A stretch of 64,000 nucleotides of DNA from an uncultured Christensenella sp. (GTDB taxonomy: Bacteria; Bacillota; Clostridia; Christensenellales; Aristaeellaceae), in the NCBI GenBank assembly GCA_964630465.1, contig CAZVUU010000002.1:19687-83686 (forward strand), in the 5' to 3' direction. Below are positions 58,001 through 64,000 of the stretch, piece by piece. The first letter of the stretch is position 1. Every line of letters begins with the position of its first letter. A model generated the notes under the pieces. It did not search any database. It saw nothing but the letters and a program-made list of their open reading frames with translations, and was not told where the DNA came from. The translations under genes were made by a program, and so were the position numbers.

Positions 58001-58489
58001 ATGGCGGGTATTGAGAAATATACAAAATCCACTCATTCTACAATCGTGATAGGAGGAAGAGCGCGCCAAACCATCCTGTACGTCACAATTGTCGTTTTAT
58101 TGGCCGCAGTAGTTGCTTTGTCCATTGCTTTATCCCAGTCTTTACATTACAAAAATGCGATGGAACAGCAGCTTCAAAGAAGGGTTAACAGCGCGTTGAT
58201 TGACGCACTTGAACAAGCCAATCGTTTGACCGGCAGTGTTCAGGCAAATTCGGCGTCCAGGCTCGCCATGGTACGGCAATATATATACAGCATAGATCAA
58301 TATAATCAAATGAGCATTATGGTAAAGGGAGAGGGAGGGCGCCTGGTTCCTCAAGAGGCTATTATCACTCTGTACAATGACCTGGACACCTATGATAAAC
58401 TAGTTCAAACTGCGACCTCTTCTACCCTGGAGATTCGGACAGACCTCACGCTGCATCTTACAGCGCTTCAGCAGTCTTTAGCGTTTTAG
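58001..58489 (+). CDS. hypothetical single-pass membrane protein
   Basis: 162-aa ORF with a strong RBS (GGAGGAAATTATG). One TM segment (ILYVTIVVLLAAVVALSIAL) and a helical C-terminal domain. No motif recognised. Confidence 0.6.
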   Translation: MAGIEKYTKSTHSTIVIGGRARQTILYVTIVVLLAAVVALSIALSQSLHYKNAMEQQLQRRVNSALIDALEQANRLTGSVQANSASRLAMVRQYIYSIDQYNQMSIMVKGEGGRLVPQEAIITLYNDLDTYDKLVQTATSSTLEIRTDLTLHLTALQQSLAF

Positions 58490-59318
58490 TAAGAATCTTC
58501 ATAAAAGGTCCCTTGATTCGTTCAAACGCTGACTGCGCGTCGGATTTTGAACGGAACACTCCAAAGACCGCAGAACCTGAACCACTCATTTGAGTATATA
58601 CCGCACCGTGATCATTCAGTGCAGTGAACAAGCTTTCGATTTCAGGCAATATATTCGATGCCGATGATAGAAGAGCGTTTCCACCGACTTTATAAAGGCG
58701 ATCATATTGTCTCTCTCTGATCGCGTCGATTGATTTTTTTAAGTCGAAAGATATTTCGCTTGAAGGACGATATCCTGAAAACACTCTTGCGGTAGAAAGG
58801 GATGTTTCGGGTTTCAAAAGAATCAGCCAAGCCTCTTTTCCAAGATCTATAGGCTCTATTCCTTCTCCTATTCCTGTTACGAGGGCCGGCCCGGGCTCCA
58901 GACAAAAAGGAACATCAGCTCCGATTTTTAGACCGATGCGCTGCAGCTCAAGGCGTGTAAAATTCAATTCCCAGAGCTGATTCAATCCTGTCAAAGCAGC
59001 AGCAGCATCAGAACTTCCGCCGCCAAGCCCCGCTCCAATGGGGATATGTTTTTTCAGCTCAATGTATGCGCCCTGATCGCTCCGGCTGTGCAGCTGCAGC
59101 AGTCTCGCTGCTTTGATGATCAAATTGTCTTCCGGGTCAGGTAAATTCGCGGGCCCCTTGACGACAAGACGCAGTTCTCTTGCCGGCAGGGGTCTTAGAC
59201 ACAGTTCATCATACAGATCGATATGCTGCATGATCATTTCAAGGTTGTGGTATTGATCAGGCCTTTTATCAATGACCCGCAGGTACCAGTTGATTTTTGC
59301 ATACGCTTTTAAATTCAT
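58458..59318 (-). CDS. ispE: 4-(cytidine 5'-diphospho)-2-C-methyl-D-erythritol kinase IspE
   Basis: N-terminus AYAKINWYL and GHMP-kinase motif PIGAGLGGGSSDAAA. Confidence 0.93.
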   Translation of the reverse strand: MNLKAYAKINWYLRVIDKRPDQYHNLEMIMQHIDLYDELCLRPLPARELRLVVKGPANLPDPEDNLIIKAARLLQLHSRSDQGAYIELKKHIPIGAGLGGGSSDAAAALTGLNQLWELNFTRLELQRIGLKIGADVPFCLEPGPALVTGIGEGIEPIDLGKEAWLILLKPETSLSTARVFSGYRPSSEISFDLKKSIDAIRERQYDRLYKVGGNALLSSASNILPEIESLFTALNDHGAVYTQMSGSGSAVFGVFRSKSDAQSAFERIKGPFMKILTKTLKTAEAL

Positions 59319-60781
59319 GATTTTGCCTCAGAATTGCGCCCTTTTTGAAGAGTGAAACGGAAAACGGCGCCTTCCTCGCTTTCCAATAAGGTAATGTTCT
59401 GGCCGTGTTTCTCTAAAATCATTTTGGTGATAGCTAATCCCAACCCCGTTCCATTACCGCTAGTGTGCGACTTGTCAGCCTTGTAAAACCGATCAAATAT
59501 ATAAGGGGAATCCTGCTTCAAGATCCCGATGCCGGTATCCTGTATGGTTACACTCAGCTTATTATCTTGCGAATAGCCGGTTGAGATTTGAATGACACCT
59601 CCCTCCGGTGTGAACTTGATGGCATTATCCAGCAGGTTAATAAGTACTTGTTCAATCTGATCCCGATCGCAGTATACGATGCTTATGTTTTCAATGAAAT
59701 TCAGACGAATATCCAGCTTTTTTGCTTCAATCTGATTGACTTTTGTAATCAAGACAAGCCTGATCAGCTCGTTGATATTGACATTGCTCATTTCAAGCAG
59801 CGTATCTCTGTTTTCAATCCGGGACAGATTCAGCAAATTAGCAACCAGTTTGCCCAGACGGTTACTTTCTTTCAGTACAATTTCCAGATAATGTCTGCCT
59901 TCCGATTGCGAAATTGTTCCGTCTAAAATACCTTGGATAAATCCTTGGATATTTGTCATCGGAGAACGGAGCTCATGGGAAAGGTTGGCAATGAAATCCC
60001 TCCGTATTTGTTCGGTCTCACTCAGTTTTGAAGCCATGGTATTGAATGCAACCGCCATATCATAAATCTCTTTGCTTCCTTGCTCGGTAACCCTGTTGCT
60101 GAAATCACCCGCTGCCATGCTGGCGCTTGTCTGAGCAATGTCACGCAATGGAGTGATCAGTCGGTTCGTATACACGGAAATCAACAGCGCGGCAACAAAA
60201 GCGCTGATCAGAGCGGCAAGGATAACCCTTACAGCCAGATTTTCGTATGATGCGCGAACGGCTTGAGCCGCGGTTTGTATGTAGACAGCACCTTGTACTC
60301 TTCCGCCGCGTGTCCAAGGGACAGCCACAGTAAACATAGTGCCGCTTGAGGTTTGTATTTGATCGATGACTTCCTGACCGCTCAGGACAGTCATCAAATG
60401 ATTGGTGATCAGTTTGGGGTCAAAGGAAGAGCGGAGATCTTCGTCCTCCTCAAGAATGGATGTTACAAACGAGATAATACGACCATTCCTGTCGACTACA
60501 ATGCAATATGCAGAGTAATCTTCGTAAACGCTGCGAAGCTTTCGCGATAGCATATGTCTGGCGCTTGTTCGAAAACCAAACGCGGCTTCTATACTGCCGG
60601 CTTCAACATTGCCTGCCAAGTAGGCAATGTCATAGGCTTGAACCTTCAGAGCGCCCATTCTGTTTTTTGTCTGAACGTCACGCATGCTGAAGTAAAAAAT
60701 ACTCGTCAGCAAAGCAACACAAACTGCTATGGCAGCAATGAACATTACCATCAGCCTCGAAAAGGTGGTGGGACGCTTCAT
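59315..60781 (-). CDS. sensor histidine kinase (two TM segments, extracytoplasmic sensor, HAMP, HisKA, HATPase_c)
   Basis: H-box SHELRSPMT, N-box LLDNAIKFT and G-boxes DTGIGI and GTGLGLAI. ATG 60781 lies 1 nt after the regulator's stop codon. The ORF is open to 60811. Confidence 0.9.
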   Translation of the reverse strand: MKRPTTFSRLMVMFIAAIAVCVALLTSIFYFSMRDVQTKNRMGALKVQAYDIAYLAGNVEAGSIEAAFGFRTSARHMLSRKLRSVYEDYSAYCIVVDRNGRIISFVTSILEEDEDLRSSFDPKLITNHLMTVLSGQEVIDQIQTSSGTMFTVAVPWTRGGRVQGAVYIQTAAQAVRASYENLAVRVILAALISAFVAALLISVYTNRLITPLRDIAQTSASMAAGDFSNRVTEQGSKEIYDMAVAFNTMASKLSETEQIRRDFIANLSHELRSPMTNIQGFIQGILDGTISQSEGRHYLEIVLKESNRLGKLVANLLNLSRIENRDTLLEMSNVNINELIRLVLITKVNQIEAKKLDIRLNFIENISIVYCDRDQIEQVLINLLDNAIKFTPEGGVIQISTGYSQDNKLSVTIQDTGIGILKQDSPYIFDRFYKADKSHTSGNGTGLGLAITKMILEKHGQNITLLESEEGAVFRFTLQKGRNSEAKS

Positions 60782-60782
60782 T

Positions 60783-61472
60783 CTATTTGACCTCAAATTT
60801 GTAGCCGACACTCCAGACAGTACGGATGCCCCACCCTAACTCCTCAGAATCAGTCAGTTTTTCCCGTATACGCTTGACATGCACATCCACAGTTCGGCTA
60901 TCTCCGAAATAATCAAAACCCCAGACTTTTTCAAGCAATTGTTCGCGCGTGAAAACCGTGTTGGCGTGAGCCGCCAGAAAATACAGCAATTCGATTTCTT
61001 TAGGAGGCATCTCAATCTGTTTGCCTTGATAGAGTACATCATAACGTGTAAGGCTGATAGTCAATCCGGGAAAGGACAGCGTTTCGTTATCCTGTTGATC
61101 GGTTTGTCCGCGCCGCAAAACAGCTTTGACCCGCGCGATCAGCTCTTTCGGATCAAAGGGCTTGGTTACATAATCATCCGCTCCCAGCTCAAGTCCGAGC
61201 ACTTTATCAAAAGTTTCATCTTTTGCCGAAAGCATAATGATTGGAATACCTGAAATCTGACGTATTGCTCGGCAAACCTGCCATCCGTCCATGCCCGGTA
61301 ACATAATGTCAAGCAAAACAAGTGCGGGCGGGTTTGATTTAAAAGCGCTTATCGCAGAATCGCCTCTTAAAAAACTAACGACCTCAAAGCCTTCCTTTTC
61401 AAGGTATAAACGGACCAGCTGAGCAATATTTTCATCATCGTCAACGATCATGATTACTTGTTTGGATGGCAT
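60783..61472 (-). CDS. OmpR-family response regulator
   Basis: Receiver domain (IMIVDDDENI, LVLLDIMLPGMDG, SAKD) and winged-helix output domain (TVDVHVKRIREKL, VWSVGYKF). Confidence 0.94.
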   Translation of the reverse strand: MPSKQVIMIVDDDENIAQLVRLYLEKEGFEVVSFLRGDSAISAFKSNPPALVLLDIMLPGMDGWQVCRAIRQISGIPIIMLSAKDETFDKVLGLELGADDYVTKPFDPKELIARVKAVLRRGQTDQQDNETLSFPGLTISLTRYDVLYQGKQIEMPPKEIELLYFLAAHANTVFTREQLLEKVWGFDYFGDSRTVDVHVKRIREKLTDSEELGWGIRTVWSVGYKFEVK

Positions 61473-61483
61473 ATGGTTCCCTC

Positions 61484-63859
61484 CTATTTCAGCGTGACAA
61501 TTGTGACCCCGTCTTCACCCTCGCCATACAGACCGAGCCGATAACTTTTTACCTGACGCAGAATCTTTAAATGTCTGTGTATCCCGCTTCTCAGTGTGCC
61601 GGTTCCTTTGCCGTGTATGATGGATACCTCGCGCAAGCCAGCCAGCAAGGCCATATCAAGGTATCGATCCAGCTCCATCAGCGCTTCTTCCAAAGACATG
61701 CCGCGCAAATCACAATCCAATTGTACACTTTTTCCGGCAGATCTGGAGCTGACCGTGGTTTTGACTTTGGGCTGGTTTTCGGCTCGTCTTATCTGATCTA
61801 ACATGACCTTAATCTTAAGTATGCCCGCTTGAACCATTAATTCACCTTTGTTATCGGGAAGCGCCAGCACCGTGGCAACGGCATTGAGATGCGGGATTTC
61901 TATCGTTTCACCAACAGTGATGTCGTCAGGTTTTAATCCGGTGGAGACAAATCCGGGACTCATGCCTTCAGACACCTCATCCTCAATCCCTTGAAGGCGC
62001 CTTTGAAGCGAGCTGAGCTCCTGGGACATATTGCCGCCGCTTTTTTTCAAGAGCTTCAGCTCATCAATGATCGCGGCACTTTCCCGCTTGGTTCTGGCCA
62101 CTATTCTCCGGGCTTCTTCTTTGGCCTTTCTTTCTGCATCGGCACGTGTTGATTCGATCCTTTTATAGAGTGCTTCAGCCTCATCGCGCAAACGTACCGT
62201 TTCCTGCCGGGCTTCCTCCGTCAAAGCACGTTCCTTTTCGGCAACCTGCCTATGATATTCCGCATTGGCAATCACATCTTCAAAGACGATGCTTTCGTCA
62301 CTCAGCAGCTCTCGTGCTTTTGAAATGATGCGTTCAGGGAGCCCCAGTCGCTTTGCGATTTCAAAGGCGTTTGATTTGCCGGGCACGCCTATGGAAAGCC
62401 GGTATGTGGGGCGGAGAGTCGCGACATCAAACTCTACACTGGCATTTTCTACTCCCGGAGTTGATAAGGCATAGGCCTTTAACTCGCTGTAGTGCGTTGT
62501 CGCGACAGTGCGGACTGAAAGCTTTTTAAGGGAGCCAAGAATGGCTTGCGCGAGCGCTGCCCCTTCTGTCGGATCCGTGCCTGCGCCCAATTCATCAAAC
62601 AACACCAGATCATCAGGTTCAACCCATTCCATTATGCTTACAATATTAGTCATATGGGATGAAAAAGTGGATAATGATTGCTCGATGCTTTGCTCATCCC
62701 CTATATCAGCGTAAACCCGCCGGAAGGTCGACACCTCAGTTCCGAGGTCCGCGGGCAGATGCAGCCCGCTTTGCGCCATCAGCGTCAGGAGTCCGATTGT
62801 TTTCAATGTGACAGTTTTTCCGCCGGTGTTGGGGCCGGTGATGATCAAGCTGGTGAACATATCGCCCAGCCACAGATCGCATGGGACTACTGTATCAGGA
62901 TCCAGCAGGGGATGGCGGGCACGGACCAGGCGAACTTTCCCTTGATCGTTCATCTTAGGCTGTATTCCGCGCATCATTCGGGCTAATGTGCCTTTTGAGA
63001 AAATAAAATCCAACTTTATCAAAATATTAATATTGCCCGAAATCGAATCAGCATGCTGTGCGACCTGCTCAGAAAAGCCTGCCAATATGCTTTGGATTTC
63101 CAGCTCTTCTTTGACCGTCCATTGACGCAGTTCATTGCTCGTTTCTACAACAGACATAGGTTCAATAAACAAGGTCGCTCCGGTAGAAGATTGATCATGT
63201 ACCAGGCCTGGTACCTGCTGGCGATACTCCTGTCTGACCGGGATAACGTAGCGGCTGTTACGTACCGTGACGATGGGCTCCTGAAGATACTTGGAAAAAG
63301 AAGGGCTCTGTGTCATGCTGCGCAGCTTCTCTTTGATTCTTTCGTTGCACAGCCGCATTTGCCTTCTGATCAGTGAAAGCTGCCGGCTGGCATGATCAGA
63401 AATTTCTTCCTCAGAGATAATGGCGTCTTTGATGCCGCGTTCAAGTGGATAGTGGCCTGTCAGCGCTGTGCTTAGACCATTTAAGATAGGTGTCTTTTCA
63501 CTTTCACCGCTCAGCGCGCTTTTTGCGGCGCTTGATGCCCTGACGCAATCAGCGATATCAAGCAGAGCGCGTGTGGATAATGTAGAACCCTTTTGCGCCA
63601 GACTAAGCCAGGGGCGGATATCTTTAAACGCGCGCAGAGGATGATCTGCGCGCCGGCTTAGTATCATCATCGCTTCCTGGGTTTCTTCCTGAGCATGAAC
63701 GGATGCTGACAAGGTATCATGCGGCACAAGTTTAAGGCAGGTATCGCGCCCGGGTTCAGTCAAAGCGCAGCTTGCCAGCTGATCACGGATTTTTGTAAAC
63801 TCTAAGACTTTATATCCCTTTTCTTGAAGGGAAAACGCTGTTGCCGCAAAGGTTTGCAT
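61484..63859 (-). CDS. mutS2: endonuclease MutS2 (MutS domain plus C-terminal Smr)
   Basis: Walker A GPNTGGKTV, DELGAGTDP, long coiled coil and Smr domain (DLRGMSLEEAL...IIHGKGTGTLR). Confidence 0.95.
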   Translation of the reverse strand: MQTFAATAFSLQEKGYKVLEFTKIRDQLASCALTEPGRDTCLKLVPHDTLSASVHAQEETQEAMMILSRRADHPLRAFKDIRPWLSLAQKGSTLSTRALLDIADCVRASSAAKSALSGESEKTPILNGLSTALTGHYPLERGIKDAIISEEEISDHASRQLSLIRRQMRLCNERIKEKLRSMTQSPSFSKYLQEPIVTVRNSRYVIPVRQEYRQQVPGLVHDQSSTGATLFIEPMSVVETSNELRQWTVKEELEIQSILAGFSEQVAQHADSISGNINILIKLDFIFSKGTLARMMRGIQPKMNDQGKVRLVRARHPLLDPDTVVPCDLWLGDMFTSLIITGPNTGGKTVTLKTIGLLTLMAQSGLHLPADLGTEVSTFRRVYADIGDEQSIEQSLSTFSSHMTNIVSIMEWVEPDDLVLFDELGAGTDPTEGAALAQAILGSLKKLSVRTVATTHYSELKAYALSTPGVENASVEFDVATLRPTYRLSIGVPGKSNAFEIAKRLGLPERIISKARELLSDESIVFEDVIANAEYHRQVAEKERALTEEARQETVRLRDEAEALYKRIESTRADAERKAKEEARRIVARTKRESAAIIDELKLLKKSGGNMSQELSSLQRRLQGIEDEVSEGMSPGFVSTGLKPDDITVGETIEIPHLNAVATVLALPDNKGELMVQAGILKIKVMLDQIRRAENQPKVKTTVSSRSAGKSVQLDCDLRGMSLEEALMELDRYLDMALLAGLREVSIIHGKGTGTLRSGIHRHLKILRQVKSYRLGLYGEGEDGVTIVTLK

Positions 63860-63862
63860 GAT

Positions 63863-64000
63863 CTATAAGACTCCTTCAATAAAACGACCGGCATAGGCGG
63901 GAACGGGGGAGGATGCCGCTGACTTTTCTCCGGCCTGTAACGCAGCATAAGTACGGATCAAGGAAAACATGGTTTCGTCTTTTTCCAAGGTAAAATCAAT
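63863..64000 (-). CDS. 3' end of an unidentified CDS (continues beyond the window)
   Basis: Minus-strand frame open to the window edge. It ends ...AAEKSAASSPVPAYAGRFIEGVL-stop (TAG at 63863-63865), 3 nt upstream of the mutS2 start. Not in the ORF track because it is truncated. Confidence 0.4.
   Translation of the reverse strand: MDFTLEKDETMFSLIRTYAALQAGEKSAASSPVPAYAGRFIEGVL

Noticed and set aside
1-64000. Scan for mobile elements, prophage genes, CRISPR arrays, toxin-antitoxin pairs, restriction-modification or other defence modules, and tRNA/rRNA genes
   Set aside because: None found. Every ORF over about 150 aa that is not antisense to a recognisable gene was assigned to a housekeeping family or to one of the few orphan membrane proteins listed. 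All intergenic regions longer than about 100 nt are explained by riboswitch, T-box, rnpB or promoter regions.

Overview
This window looks like a contiguous stretch of core chromosome from a Firmicute, most likely a Clostridia-type organism judging by gene order and protein motifs. It is densely packed with housekeeping operons. I found no tRNA or rRNA genes, CRISPR arrays, transposases, integrases or recognisable defence or toxin genes.

Gene content in order:
- A reduced division/cell-wall cluster: murE (3' part), mraY, murD, ftsQ, ftsA, ftsZ.
- A tandem glycine riboswitch followed by gcvT-gcvH-gcvPA-gcvPB.
- pgi on the minus strand.
- A T-box leader followed by hisS-aspS-nudC.
- An asp23/amaP/DUF2273 envelope-stress module.
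- nusB, a Kae1/TsaD-like paralogue, folD, xseA, xseB, ispA.
- A DUF212 protein, an orphan membrane protein, a nifS/nifZ-like desulfurase and thiI.
- ylxM-ffh-rpsP-KH-rimM-trmD.
- A dGTPase-like protein, dnaG, sigA.
- trmK, nif3, a COG1579 zinc-ribbon protein and the RNase P RNA.
- On the minus strand: darA, holB, ricT and a rhomboid-like protein.
- plsX-acpP-rnc-smc-ftsY.
- A lipoprotein with four peptidoglycan-binding domains.
- greA-lysS, an orphan protein, a HAD-phosphatase::thymidylate-kinase fusion and mnmA.
- On the minus strand: an ABC ATPase, ABC-2 permease, GldG-like protein and DUF4340 protein in one operon.
- On the minus strand: mutS2, an OmpR-type regulator, a histidine kinase and ispE.

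I do not see a convincing new multi-gene accessory system. The best candidates for undescribed biology are modest:
- the uncharacterised ABC/GldG-like/DUF4340 operon;
- a Kae1/TsaD-like paralogue wedged into the conserved nusB-folD operon;
- the HAD::Tmk fusion;
- a rhomboid-like protein that seems to lack the catalytic dyad;
- three orphan membrane-anchored proteins.

All calls rest on motif recognition by eye and on the supplied ORF track. No database search was run.
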